Shown here: positions 24,868-35,789 of the stretch, in pieces
Numbering within the stretch: position 1 is the stretch's first letter
Layout: every line of letters begins with the position of its first letter
NCBI GenBank assembly: GCA_046582635.1
Contig: JAYGEA010000128.1
Coordinates: 1-59,973, forward strand
From: Alphaproteobacteria bacterium
GTDB lineage: Bacteria > Pseudomonadota > Alphaproteobacteria > GCA-2731375
Direction: 5' to 3'
DNA length: 59,973 nt
The notes under the pieces: model-generated
Databases searched by the model: none
Told to the model about the DNA's origin: nothing
What the model saw: the letters and a program-made list of their open reading frames with translations, nothing else
Made by a program: the position numbers and the translations under genes

Positions 24868-26519
24868 TTACGCCGCCGCGTTTTGCCGGCAATAGCACGA
24901 CGCCTTGACCTCTACCTCCGAACGCGCCATGGCCTGATCCAGGGCCTGTTTGATCAACAGAGCCTCGGTGGTTTCGCCGCGCCGGGTCAGGCATTCGTGC
25001 AGGCCATGCAGGCTCCACAGGTTGTTGGGATGCTGGCAGGCCCGGCTGAGGCTCTGGTCCAGGCCCAGATCGGCGCGGTAGACCGCCTCCGCTTCCTCTG
25101 CCTGACCCTGTTCCAACAGCAGGGCGCCCAGGGCATGGCGGGTCGGCTGCATCCAGCCCCAGGGTTCGTCATAGGGCAGGTTGTCGTCCAGTTCCACCGA
25201 GCGGCGCAGGTGGTCGAAGGCCACCTCGACATTGCCCTTGCGGTATTCCAACTCGCCCTCAAGCATGGCGGCGGCAATTTCCAACAGGTCAACCACGACG
25301 TTGTTGTGCACCCGCCGGGTGTCGGGCACCGCTGCCTTGGCCGTCATGAAGGCATCCCGTTCCGCCTCCGCTGCCGCCACATTGCCGGAGGCTGAGTGGG
25401 CCACGGACTTGGCATAGCGCATCATGGCGGTGGTGACGCAATAGAGCACCGGGTCATCGGGCATGTCTTGATCAATGATCTCCTGCCATTTGCCGAACCG
25501 CACCATGACGTGCTGCTTCATGGAGAGGTAACCCTCGATAAAATCCGCCATGGGCGGGGAGGGATGCGCAACAGATCTTCCGGCGTGGTATCGATAATCT
25601 CCTGCGCGGCCTTGATGGCGGGCGTGTATTGGCCCAGGAACATGGCGCCGTAGATGGCGAAATGATGGTCGTGGGTGCGGTACATGGCATAGACGTTCAT
25701 GGCGCCTTCCTTGGCCAGGAATTTCCGGTCGGCGGCAATGGCCTTTTGATTGTAGACCACCACGTCGCGGTATTGGCCGCACAGCACGTCGATATGGGTC
25801 GGCATGTGGATCAGATGGCCCGCGTCGGGAACCAGGTCGCGCAGGCAATCAGCGGCGCGCAGAGCCTTTTGCGGAAAGGGCGACATTTCCATGAGGTGGA
25901 TATAGAGGTGGAGCATGCCGGGATGCTCCCAAGCGGCGGGCAGCGCGGCGAAGGCCCGTTCCAAAACCCCCTGCGCCTCCAAGGTGCCCGCGCCCTTGGC
26001 GACGCCGCCGGTTTTCAGATCCCACATCTTCCAAGGCGTACGGTTCATGATCGCCTCGGCGAAAAGGGCGCAGACTTCCAAATCATCCGAATGGGCCGCG
26101 TGCACCTCCCGCATGGCATCGGCGTAATCATTATCCCAGCCCCGTTGATCGTCAATGGGGTCACGTTGGGGATAGCGGGCGGGCAGGGCGCGGATCAGGG
26201 CCTGTTCGACCTCCCCGGTCCCTGCGGCGTGGGACAGCGCCAACTGCGTGGCGTCATGGCTGGCGGCCAGCGCGGCCGTTTTTCCGGCCGGGTCCAACCG
26301 CACCCACGGCAGATTATAATTGGGGCCGGAGGCATAGGCGATGCCCCAATGGGCCATGGCGCAGGCGTCGTCATGTTCCAAGGCGCGTTGGAAACAGGCA
26401 ATAGCCTCGGCATGGTTATAGCCGTACATCCAGTTGATGCCCCGATCGAACCACAGTTGCGCCTCGGGAGATGTTGTCGTAATGGCGCGCTTGAACGGGC
26501 CGAGATCGTAATAGTCCAT
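24868..26519 (-). pseudogene. TPR-repeat protein with single -1 frameshift
   Basis: ORFs 25518-26519 and 24868-25848 join at LLRIP(S)PPMAD if one C is added in the run at ~25561-25563; HMPTHI, YDEPWGWMQP motifs of this family. Could be an assembly error. Confidence 0.75.
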
Positions 26520-26546
26520 GTAATCCTCGCTACTGATACTGCGCGT

Positions 26547-28328
26547 CTATGACGCGCGCCGTTGAGCCGTCGCTGCTTCATCGAGATTCAGATCGGGGGT
26601 AATGACCACGCCGTAGTCCCTGGCCGCCGTGTCGATGGAGATCAGACCATCGGTCACATCTTCCAAAACCTGTTGCGCCTCGCGCAACATGGGATCGCCG
26701 TAGCCACCCCCCGCCGGGCCGACGCAGACGAATTTGTCGCCGGCCTGAACGGCGGTGTGGGGCACTTTCGAGGGCAGTTCGCCTCCCTCCTTGTCATTGC
26801 CGTTGGCGCGGTCCAGGCGCAGGCCGGCGGCGCCGCCGTCGTTGCCGCCCCGGAAGCCCCAGGGTGGGAATTTATGCCCCTCGCCCTCGATCGAGGCGCC
26901 GCCGTCGTCCAGATATTCGAACTCCCGGATCGAGCCCAGGCCGCCGCGCCATTGTCCGGCGCCGCAAACATCCTCGCGCAGCTCATAACGGCCCACGCGG
27001 AGCGGCAGGTGGCTTTCGATATCTTCGATGGGATTGTTGCGGGTGTTGGCATACAGCGTATCGACGGCGTCCATGCCGTCCTTGCCGTCCCGGCCGCCGT
27101 AGCTGCCTTCGAAGATTTCCATGTGGACCCAGTGTTCGGAGTTCCGCAGGCCGGAAAACGCGATGACCCGCAAATTGCCGATGCCGGCGGAAACCTGGCT
27201 GGGCGCGACCTCGGCCAGGGCCTTCATCACCGTATCGGCCAGCTGGTTGCCGGGACAGAACCGCGCGATGGTGGGCGCGGGGAAGATGGGATTGGCCAGG
27301 CAGCCCAGGGGCGCGACGATCTTGATGGGCCGGACCAGGCCGTCGTTGACGGGGATATGGCCGTGTACGGCGGTGTCCAGCAGCACCGAACGCACGGTCA
27401 ACCAGACGGCGATATCCACGGTGCCGTGCAGGGGCATGTTGATGGGCTTGTCATCGATCTGCTTCGCCGTACCGGTCAGATCCACCACCATCTCGTCGCC
27501 CGTGACCGTAATGGCGACGCACAGGGGCAGTTCCCGATATGCTGGATCGGGATGATCGAGGAAGCCGTCGATATAGGTGGTGGCGGAATAGGTGCCGTCG
27601 GGCAGGGCGGCGATGGCCTGGCGCATCAGGCGTTCGGAATGGTTCATGACATCTTCGCAGGCGGCTTGAAAGACCGTCTTGCCGTAGCGGTCGATCAGCT
27701 CCACCAGCCGTTCGCCGCCGATGCGGGCGGCGGCGATTTGGGCCTCCATGTCGCCCACCACCAGGTCGGATACCCGGATGTTGTCGCGCAGGATATGCCA
27801 GACCGGCATCACCTTCTCGCCCTGCTCATAAAGTTTGATGGCCTTGAATTGCAGCCCCTCGGCATAAGCATCGATGGCATCCACGATGCCGCAACTGCCC
27901 GGTGTCAGGGAGCCGATATCCAGGTGATGCGCCGTGGTGGCGGAAAAAGCGATCAGCTCGCCGTCGTAGAATACCGGTACAATGAAGCCCACGTCCGGGA
28001 CATGGCTGGCGCCGGCATAGGCATCATTGTGCATGACCACGTCGCCAGGCCGGAATTCCTCGCCGCGTTCGGCCATGATTTTCAGCACGCCCCGCACATA
28101 GCCTGGAATGGGTCCGGATTGCAGGGGTGTCGATTGGGCCGATTCCGCCAATCCACGGCCAGACAGATCCACCAACCCGGCCCCGAAATCCTCCGACTCC
28201 CGGATGATCGAGGAATAAGACATGCGCATGAGCTTGTAGCCCATTTCGATGGAGATATTCTCCAAGGCGCCCTGAATGACCGAGGCGGTGACGTGGTCCA
28301 CGGTCGGGGAATTCTTTTGGATGTTCAT
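26547..28328 (-). CDS. Hydantoinase B/oxoprolinase family protein
   Basis: SSIIRESEDF, NDAYAGASHVPD, HHLDIG, GAGQWRGG, GGGYGDP. Confidence 0.9.
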   Translation of the reverse strand: MNIQKNSPTVDHVTASVIQGALENISIEMGYKLMRMSYSSIIRESEDFGAGLVDLSGRGLAESAQSTPLQSGPIPGYVRGVLKIMAERGEEFRPGDVVMHNDAYAGASHVPDVGFIVPVFYDGELIAFSATTAHHLDIGSLTPGSCGIVDAIDAYAEGLQFKAIKLYEQGEKVMPVWHILRDNIRVSDLVVGDMEAQIAAARIGGERLVELIDRYGKTVFQAACEDVMNHSERLMRQAIAALPDGTYSATTYIDGFLDHPDPAYRELPLCVAITVTGDEMVVDLTGTAKQIDDKPINMPLHGTVDIAVWLTVRSVLLDTAVHGHIPVNDGLVRPIKIVAPLGCLANPIFPAPTIARFCPGNQLADTVMKALAEVAPSQVSAGIGNLRVIAFSGLRNSEHWVHMEIFEGSYGGRDGKDGMDAVDTLYANTRNNPIEDIESHLPLRVGRYELREDVCGAGQWRGGLGSIREFEYLDDGGASIEGEGHKFPPWGFRGGNDGGAAGLRLDRANGNDKEGGELPSKVPHTAVQAGDKFVCVGPAGGGYGDPMLREAQQVLEDVTDGLISIDTAARDYGVVITPDLNLDEAATAQRRAS

Positions 28329-28330
28329 TT

Positions 28331-30403
28331 CTACGCTCCTGTCTCGATCAACAGATTGCCCCCGGCCTGGGCCGTGGCCCGGGCGCCTGGGGGGATAACG
28401 GTGGTGGTGTCTTTTTGCAGGATGATGGCCGGCCCTTCCACCGCCTGCTCGATGGGCAGTTTGTCCCGTTCGTAGAGGGACGTCGCCATGGCCTGCAATT
28501 CGCCATCGTGGTGGAAGTGGCATGGCACTTCTTCGAGCTTGGCTGTGGCGAGTTCGCCACCTTGTTCCAAGGTCGGCAGTTCGATCTTTGGCATTTGGCC
28601 GATGCCGGTGACGCGGATATTGACGATTTCGATGGGGCTGTCCTCGAACACATGGCCGTATTCCGTGGTGTGGATCGCTTCGAAAGCCTTGAAGATATCC
28701 GTCAGGCTGGCGGCATCCACCGGGCCGTCGGCCACGGGTACCCGCAATTCATAGCCTTGGCCCACATAGCGCAAATCACCGCTGCGTTGGTAGGCCACGT
28801 CGTCCGCTTCCAGGCCGTCGGTCTTAAATTGTGCCGCAAGGCCGTCCCGCATGGCGTCGAAGTCGCGGCTCAGACGGGCGCCATCCACATCGCCGCTGAC
28901 CTGGAATTCCGTGCGGATGGCATCGTACTTCAGATCCGTGGTCAGCAGACCGGCGGCCGAAGTAATGCCGGGGTAGGGCGGAATGATCACTTCCGGAATA
29001 CCGAGGTCGCGGGCCACGTCGACGCCATGCAATGGCCCCGCGCCGCCAAAGGCAACCAGGGAAAACTCGCGCGGGTCGTGGCCTTTTTGCACGGTGCGGG
29101 AGCGGATGGCATTGGCCATGTTGGCGTTGATGATGGTCAGAACGCCGCTCGCGGCGGCCTCCTTGGTCATGCCAAGCTGTTCCGCCAGATCGGCGATCGC
29201 CTTATGGGCGGCATCCGCATCCAGGGTCATCTCGCCGTCAAGAAAATTACCCGGCTGCAAGCGGCGCAGGACCACGTTGGCATCCGTTACCGTTGGCAAG
29301 GTGCCGCCGCGTCCATAGGCGGCGGGGCCGGGCTCGGCGCCGGCGGATTGCGGTCCGACGCGAAACGCCTGCCCCGCGTCCAGATGCGCGATGGAGCCGC
29401 CGCCCGCGCCGATGGTGTGTATATCGATCATGGGCGCCATCAAGGGATAACCGCCGATCCAGGTATCCCGGGCCGTGGCCTCGGCGAATTGGCCGTCCAC
29501 CACCAGGCCGATATCGGCCGAGGTGCCGCCCACGTCAAAGGTGATCAGGCGGCTGCGGTCCGAGCGTTCGCCGCTCATGGCGCCGCCCAGAACACCCGCC
29601 GCCGGGCCCGACAACAGGGTCAGGACCGGTCGCTCGGCAACCATGGCGGAGGTCGCGACGCCGCCGTTGGAACCCATGACATGCAATTCGGCCTTGAAGC
29701 CGTTGTCCACCAGGGCGCTTTCAAGTTCCTTCACGTAGGTGCGGACTTTTGGCCCGATGAAGGCGTTCATGGCGGCGGTGGTGAAACGCTCGAATTCCCG
29801 GAACTGGGGCGAGACGGCGGATGACGTGGTGACGAAGCAATCGGGATATTCCTCCCGAATGATCTCCGCCGCGCGATCTTCATGGGCCGAATTGATATAG
29901 GAAAACAAAAAACAGACGGCAATGGCCTCCACCCCGGCGGCCTTCAATTCGCGGGCCGCCCGGCGCACGGCAGGCTCGTCCAGGGGCGTCAGGACGGCGC
30001 CGTCGGGGGGCGTCAGGCGTTCGGCCACCACCTTGCGGTGGCGCCGTTGGACCAGGGGGCGGTCCTGCCAGGGTATGTCCTGCATGATGGAATAATGTTG
30101 CGGCCGCTGATGACGGCCGATGTGCAGGATGTCTCGGTAGCCTTCCGTGGTGACCATGCCCGTGGTGGCGCCCTTGTATTCCAGCACCGCGTTGGTGGCG
30201 ATGGTGGTGCCGTGCAGCACATGGTCCACCGCGGCCCGGTCCACATCAAATCGCTCACAGACCTCCACCATGCCCTGAATGACGCCCCGGCTGGGATCGT
30301 CGGGGGTGGTGGGAATTTTGTGAATGGCCACCGCCTGGCTTTCCGTGTCGCCGTACATGACGTCCGTGAACGTGCCGCCAACATCGACGCCTATGAGTTT
30401 CAT
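28331..30403 (-). CDS. Hydantoinase A/oxoprolinase family protein (ATP-binding subunit)
   Basis: [40 protein letters not shown]. Confidence 0.92.
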   Translation of the reverse strand: MKLIGVDVGGTFTDVMYGDTESQAVAIHKIPTTPDDPSRGVIQGMVEVCERFDVDRAAVDHVLHGTTIATNAVLEYKGATTGMVTTEGYRDILHIGRHQRPQHYSIMQDIPWQDRPLVQRRHRKVVAERLTPPDGAVLTPLDEPAVRRAARELKAAGVEAIAVCFLFSYINSAHEDRAAEIIREEYPDCFVTTSSAVSPQFREFERFTTAAMNAFIGPKVRTYVKELESALVDNGFKAELHVMGSNGGVATSAMVAERPVLTLLSGPAAGVLGGAMSGERSDRSRLITFDVGGTSADIGLVVDGQFAEATARDTWIGGYPLMAPMIDIHTIGAGGGSIAHLDAGQAFRVGPQSAGAEPGPAAYGRGGTLPTVTDANVVLRRLQPGNFLDGEMTLDADAAHKAIADLAEQLGMTKEAAASGVLTIINANMANAIRSRTVQKGHDPREFSLVAFGGAGPLHGVDVARDLGIPEVIIPPYPGITSAAGLLTTDLKYDAIRTEFQVSGDVDGARLSRDFDAMRDGLAAQFKTDGLEADDVAYQRSGDLRYVGQGYELRVPVADGPVDAASLTDIFKAFEAIHTTEYGHVFEDSPIEIVNIRVTGIGQMPKIELPTLEQGGELATAKLEEVPCHFHHDGELQAMATSLYERDKLPIEQAVEGPAIILQKDTTTVIPPGARATAQAGGNLLIETGA

Positions 30404-30419
30404 GTCTTGTTCTTGTCCT

Positions 30420-31358
30420 TCACTCAGGCGGCAATATGACGCCGGCGGTTTCGGTAATCAGCCCGTATTGGTCGGGCTGGCGGTGTTCGGCGAAGTTGAA
30501 CACCGTGTTCTTGTAATGATTACACGCATCCAGATCGCAATCGGCAACCACCAACTCATCATCCAGGGTGCGACCCTGGGCCACGATCTCCCCCGTCGGC
30601 GCGACGATCAGGGTGCCGCCCAGCATGTCGCAGCCCTCTTCACAACCCGCCTTGGCCACGCCGATCACCCAGGTGGCGTTCTGATAGGCGCCTGACTGCA
30701 TGGACAGATTGTTGTGCAGGCCGGCCAGGTGGGTCGGCTCGAAACCCCAGGGCGGTTCCGTGGCGGGGGTGTTGTAGCCCAGCATGATCATCTCCACCCC
30801 TTGCAGGCCCATCATGCGGTACGTCTCGGGCCAGCGGCGGTCGTTGCAGATGCACATGCCCATGATGCCGCCCATGGTGCGCCAGACCGGAAAACCCAGG
30901 TCGCCAATGTCGAAATAGGCCTTTTCCAGATGCTGCCATTTGCGTTCGGGCTTATGGTCCGCGTGGCCCGGCAGATGCACTTTTCGATACTTGCCGATGA
31001 TCTCGCCGGATTTATCAACCAGGATCGCCGTATTGAAACGCTTGCCATCTGTCTGCTCGGCAAAGCCCAGGCAGAAGCCGATGCCGTATTCGGCCGCCCT
31101 GTCGAACAGGGGCTGGGTCTCGTTGCCGGGCATCGCACTTTCAAAGAAACGGTCAATGTCCTCCGCGTCTTCGAAATACCAGCGGGGAAAAAACGTTGTC
31201 AGGGCCAATTCGGGAAAAACCACCAGATCGCAGCCCCGCTCATGAGCCCGGTCGAGCAGGGCCAGCAAACGGGCGACGACCGCGACCCGGCTTTCGTTCA
31301 GACCAATGGGGCCAAGTTGCGCCGCCCCCACGGTGACCATGCGATTTGATTTTGTCAT
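30420..31358 (-). CDS. N-carbamoyl-D-amino acid amidohydrolase (nitrilase superfamily)
   Basis: [48 protein letters not shown] signature motifs. Confidence 0.9.
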   Translation of the reverse strand: MTKSNRMVTVGAAQLGPIGLNESRVAVVARLLALLDRAHERGCDLVVFPELALTTFFPRWYFEDAEDIDRFFESAMPGNETQPLFDRAAEYGIGFCLGFAEQTDGKRFNTAILVDKSGEIIGKYRKVHLPGHADHKPERKWQHLEKAYFDIGDLGFPVWRTMGGIMGMCICNDRRWPETYRMMGLQGVEMIMLGYNTPATEPPWGFEPTHLAGLHNNLSMQSGAYQNATWVIGVAKAGCEEGCDMLGGTLIVAPTGEIVAQGRTLDDELVVADCDLDACNHYKNTVFNFAEHRQPDQYGLITETAGVILPPE

Positions 31359-31434
31359 GCGTGGTATTCTGCACCCAAGCTGGCGTGAATGGAAACAGCC
31401 GTTATGATCAGAAAAACGAAGATAGGAGACCAGT

Positions 31435-32304
31435 ATGAAATACGGCGTATCTTTTCCACAAACCCAAATCGGCAACGATCCCGTTGTCATTCGTAATTTT
31501 GTCGAAACGGCGGAGGAACTCGGCTTCGAACGCCTGACCCTGGTGGATCATATCCTCGGCGCCAAGGAGGCCAAGGACGCCCCCTGGGCCGTGCATTACA
31601 CCATTGAATATGGCTTTCACGAACCCATGACCCTGTTCGCCTGGATCGCCGGCTTCACCACCAAGATCCGCCTGGTCACCGCCAACGTGGTGCTGCCCCA
31701 GCGGCAGACCGAACTGTGCGCCAAACAGGCCGCGCAGATCGATATTCTGACCGGCGGGCGCTTGGATCTGGGTATCGGCGTCGGTTGGAGCAAGTCGGAG
31801 TTCGAGGCCCTGGGGATGAATTTCGCCAATCGGGGTGATCGGATCGAGGAACAGATAGCATTGATGCGCCGGCTGTGGACCGACGAGGTGGTCGAATTCG
31901 AAGGCAAATGGCACAATATCTCCGACATGGGCATGAACCCCCGCCCCATCCAGCGCCCCATCCCTATCTGGTTCGGCGCCATGGCCGAGGTTGCCGTCAA
32001 GCGTGCAGCGCGCATCGGCGACGGCTGGTTGATGAACCCCCGCGCCGAGCCGGACGACGGGATGAAACGCCTGGTGGAAACCTTCCACGAGACGGCACGG
32101 GACGCCGGCCGCGACCCCGGCAGCCTGGGCATCGACGCTACAGTCTTCGCCGAGGACCGGGGCCCCAACGAATGGCTGGCCGAGGCCCAGGCCTGGCGTG
32201 ATATTGGCGCCACCTCGGTCACCTTCCGTACTTCCGAATCCGGTTTCACCCATATCGACCAGCACCTTGACGCCATGCGCAAATTGGCCGACGCGGTGAA
32301 TTAG
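31435..32304 (+). CDS. LLM-class oxidoreductase, putative F420-dependent (Rv2161c-like)
   Basis: DHILG, FHEP, LPQRQT..AKQAA.ID.L.GGR, GVGW..SEF. Confidence 0.8.
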   Translation: MKYGVSFPQTQIGNDPVVIRNFVETAEELGFERLTLVDHILGAKEAKDAPWAVHYTIEYGFHEPMTLFAWIAGFTTKIRLVTANVVLPQRQTELCAKQAAQIDILTGGRLDLGIGVGWSKSEFEALGMNFANRGDRIEEQIALMRRLWTDEVVEFEGKWHNISDMGMNPRPIQRPIPIWFGAMAEVAVKRAARIGDGWLMNPRAEPDDGMKRLVETFHETARDAGRDPGSLGIDATVFAEDRGPNEWLAEAQAWRDIGATSVTFRTSESGFTHIDQHLDAMRKLADAVN

Positions 32305-32313
32305 GAGTGCCCT

Positions 32314-32751
32314 ATGTCTGAACTACCCGTTGCCATCGGCGACAGCGCTAGTTTCACCAAGACCGTGGGCGAGAGCGACATCTATGGCTTTGCCGGCATC
32401 ACCGGCGACTTCGCCGCCCCGCACGTGAACGAAGCCTTCATGCAGAAATCCCAATACGGCACCCGCGTCGCCCACGGCGCCCTGTTGGTGGGTTTCATGT
32501 CCACCGCCTCGGCCATAGTCGCCACCCGGGTCATCGAAGCCCGGGACGATTTGACGCCCATGTCCATCGGCTATGACCGCGTACGCTTTATCGAGGCCGT
32601 GAAGATTGGCGACACCATCACGGTAACGTACGAAATCAAGGAGCTGGAGCCTGAGCGCAACCGCTCCCGCGCCGCCGTGACGGCCACCAATCAGCGCGGC
32701 GAGACCGTCGGCGTGGCGGAGCACATCATGAAGTGGCTGATTAATCCGTGA
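32314..32751 (+). CDS. MaoC-family dehydratase
   Basis: FAGITGD..P.H, R.AHG, RF...V.IGDT. Confidence 0.88.
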   Translation: MSELPVAIGDSASFTKTVGESDIYGFAGITGDFAAPHVNEAFMQKSQYGTRVAHGALLVGFMSTASAIVATRVIEARDDLTPMSIGYDRVRFIEAVKIGDTITVTYEIKELEPERNRSRAAVTATNQRGETVGVAEHIMKWLINP

Positions 32752-33108
32752 GCCATGAGGCGATCAGGTCGCATTATTGATATTACCTTGGCTCTCCATT
32801 CAAGAGGGCACGATGACCCCCGATCTGGTGAAGGCTCGCTACGTCGCAACCGAGATACCTTCACTTTTCGTTGAGATTGCAGCGGCGTCTTACACCCAAA
32901 CTATGGTCAATTATTGTTCACGAGCAATGGCTTGTTTGACCCGTAAGACAAGTGTGATGCGCATAATTAGCAATGGAAATGATGCATTTTCGTTGTAGAC
33001 CACGCCGAATTGCACTTCAACTTAGACAGCGGAATTGCAAATAGGCTTGCTAGTATATTTAGATAAAATTCTTTCCAACGCAATACTATGTAGATTTTTG
33101 CGATGATT

Positions 33109-33123
33109 TTAACTTTTTGTTAA
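33109..33123. promoter_or_regulatory. CtrA-type binding site
   Basis: TTAA-CTTTTTG-TTAA is an exact TTAA-N7-TTAA match upstream of the FecR-domain gene; AT-rich context raises chance probability. Confidence 0.45.
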
Positions 33124-33207
33124 TGTTATTTACTCAATTATGTCCAATTACGTTGAATTCATATTGGTTGTATGAACCGGTGAATTGAGGAGGGCAAAGG
33201 CATAATC

Positions 33208-34707
33208 TTGTTCTCTAACGGGATACTTAATGTGATTTGCCCAATTAAGTATATCAGCCCTATCGGCGCCACCGTGTTGCTGTTGGCTATGCTCAATGCA
33301 ACGTCCCCATATGCGGACGAAGGCGCCTTCGAGGTTGTGCCGACGGCGCTAACGAGCGAACACGGAACGTCCGGCAAAAAACTACAATCGCCGGGAAAAA
33401 ATCTGCAAATCACACGACTGGGAGGCGATAACTGGGTTGTGCAACTGGTAACCGGCTCGGTTCAATTTTCCGGTTCGGGCCGGCCGGTTGTAAGCGGCGA
33501 CAAAGTGCCGACGGGTGAACGTTTGGTTAGTGGCCCTGGCGGTCGAGCCTTGCTGGTGCGTCGCAATGACAAAATTACGATGTCGCAAAACAGCAGCATG
33601 TCAGTTGGAGAAAACTTCGGCGATAGGCTTTTGACCAATATTATTCAGGGCATGAGCACGTTGCTGTTTCAGGTTGAGAAAAACCCCGGCCAGCAATTTC
33701 ATGTGGTCACGCCTTTTCTGGCCGCTACCGTCAAGGGCACGACCTTTACCGTAAGCATACGGCCCGAAGGGGCGGCCGTGCATGTGACCAATAGCGCGGT
33801 GCAGGTCGCTTCCCGCCGCGGCCGGCGCGCGGTTATTTTGCGACCTGGATAGACCGGTTCGGTTTCCTCGAAACCGGGTGCCGAAGTGGAAGTTCGCCGG
33901 CGTGAAGGCAAGGGCAAGTCATCGACCGGAACCAAAGCCAAATCAGAAGCAACGAAACAGGCGCCAAAAATTAGAGACGATGAGAGCGGCCGGAACGGCC
34001 AGAACGGCAAGATCGAGAGGAGCAAGAACGGAACCGATACCGCCATCGCCAAGAACCGCGGGAATACCGGGGAAACAGTTAAGAAAAAATCCGCCAAGGC
34101 TAAGACGGCACCGAAAATTGCCAAAGGCGGCCGCAAAGGCAGGCGAGGCGCCAAGGCCGGCCGCAAGGGTAAACCAGGCGCCAAGGCCGGCAAGCGCGCG
34201 AAAGTTAGCAAATCACTGAAACGCAAGCGGCGATTGGCCCGGGCAATCGGGTCCAGGCCCGCTAACTTTGCAAAACTGACCAAAGGGTTCGCCGGAAATA
34301 TCACGCGGCCTGTCAAAAACAACAAGGCCAATCGCGGCAAGGGAAAATCAGCTGGGAATGGCGAAGGCGGCAAGCGCAAGAAGCGCGCTGGTGTGGTGTT
34401 CAAGGAAATCTCCGCCTTGGGCGGTGCCTTGCGTGGCAAGAGCAAAGCTTCCAGGAAAGGTGGGCCGCGTCCAGGCGTGAGGTTTCGCGTGACTGTCGCC
34501 GCGAACAGAAAATCTGGTGGCAAGGCCAGCGTTGGTGGCGCTGGCAAGGCCAAGGTTGCGTCAGTTGCCGGCGTCGTGCTCCGCGGGCCGGAGCCGAACG
34601 GTAAAGCGGCCGGTAGCAAACGCAAAGCCGTCAAACGCAAAGCCGCCAGACCGAAAGGCGGCAAACGCAAAGTCGCCAGGCGGAAGGGCGGCAAAGGCAA
34701 AAAATAG
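33208..34707 (+). pseudogene. FecR-domain protein with Lys/Arg/Gly-rich C-terminal tail, interrupted by in-frame TAG
   Basis: FecR motifs (F.V.TP.LAATVKGTTF.V, VHVT...VQV) then LRPG*TGSV at 33850-33852; downstream ORF 33886-34707 is in the same frame. Start uncertain. Confidence 0.7.
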
Positions 34708-34850
34708 CAAGAACGGCACAAATTGAGACCACCAGTTCGAGCCCGTCCGCTGCATGGATCTCAAAGGGAGGCGCCTGCGTCATTTAGCAGAATTATGACG
34801 GCTTCCTGATTATTGCCATGGTATCATGCGGCGTGAACAGGAGGGTGGTC

Positions 34851-35762
34851 ATGACCGCAACATCAATTAAATGGCCCGTAAAACAGCGGGATTTTCACAA
34901 TCATCATTTCGATTCCACGATTTGGGACGATTTCAATTTTCGCGACGACGACATTGTCATATCCACCTACGCCAAATCCGGCACCACGTGGCTGCAACAG
35001 ATCGTCGCCCAGCTGCTGTTTCCGGGCCAGGAGGGTATGGAAGTGGCGGAAATGTTGCCCTGGATGGATTTGCGGGTGCCGCCCAAGGCGGTCAAGCTGC
35101 CCGAGGTGGAGGCCCAAACCCATCGCCGCTTTGTAAAGACCCATTTGCCGGCGGATGCTCTGGTCTTTTCGCCAAGTGCCAAATACCTCTATATCGGCCG
35201 CGATGGCCGTGACGTGTTCTGGAGCTTGTACAACCATCACGCCAATGCCAACGACTTTTGGTATGGGGCCCTGAACGACACGCCCGGCCGGGTTGGCCCG
35301 CCCATCGAAAAACCTGTTTCCGACGTCCGTCAATATTTCCTGGAGTGGTTGGCGGGCGATGGTTTCCCCTTTTGGCCGTACTGGGAGAATATCCGCACCT
35401 GGTGGGAGATCCGCCATCTGCCGAACGTATTGTTCCTGCATTTCCAGGATATGAAGACCGACATGGCGGCTGAAATACGCCGGGTGGCGGAATTTCTGGA
35501 AATTCCCATTGATGAAGCCAAATTCCCGCAAATGCTGGAATTTTGCGGTTTCGATTACATGAAGGCGAATGCGACCAAGTCCGTGCCCCTGGGCGGCGCC
35601 TTTTGGGATGCCGGTGCCCAGGTATTTATTCACAAGGGTGAAAATGGCCGCTGGCGGGATATTTTGACCGCCGAAGATTGCCAGGCCTACGAATCCCGCG
35701 CCCGCGAGGAACTTGGCCCCGACTGCGCCCGTTGGCTTATCGAAGGCGGTGGGTCGGAATAA
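34851..35762 (+). CDS. PAPS-dependent (aryl) sulfotransferase
   Basis: TYAKSGTTW 5'-PSB loop, KTH, RDGRDV..S, HKG..GRW. Confidence 0.9.
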   Translation: MTATSIKWPVKQRDFHNHHFDSTIWDDFNFRDDDIVISTYAKSGTTWLQQIVAQLLFPGQEGMEVAEMLPWMDLRVPPKAVKLPEVEAQTHRRFVKTHLPADALVFSPSAKYLYIGRDGRDVFWSLYNHHANANDFWYGALNDTPGRVGPPIEKPVSDVRQYFLEWLAGDGFPFWPYWENIRTWWEIRHLPNVLFLHFQDMKTDMAAEIRRVAEFLEIPIDEAKFPQMLEFCGFDYMKANATKSVPLGGAFWDAGAQVFIHKGENGRWRDILTAEDCQAYESRAREELGPDCARWLIEGGGSE

Positions 35763-35789
35763 CGCAGCAACTGGATGAACATTCCGTAG

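Noticed and set aside
26562-28475. Long antisense ORFs (also 9338-11038, 19192-20778, 28415-29824, 33699-34721, 41211-42581, 46598-48184)
   Set aside because: Shadow frames of well-supported genes on the opposite strand, expected from high-GC codon bias.
32777-32998. 73-aa ORF between MaoC and FecR genes
   Set aside because: No recognisable motif or RBS, low-GC codon usage; cannot be supported as a gene.
33850-33852. Pyrrolysine or programmed amber readthrough
   Set aside because: Context fits a CAG(Gln) to TAG transition; no pyl genes in the window and other genes use TAG as a normal stop.
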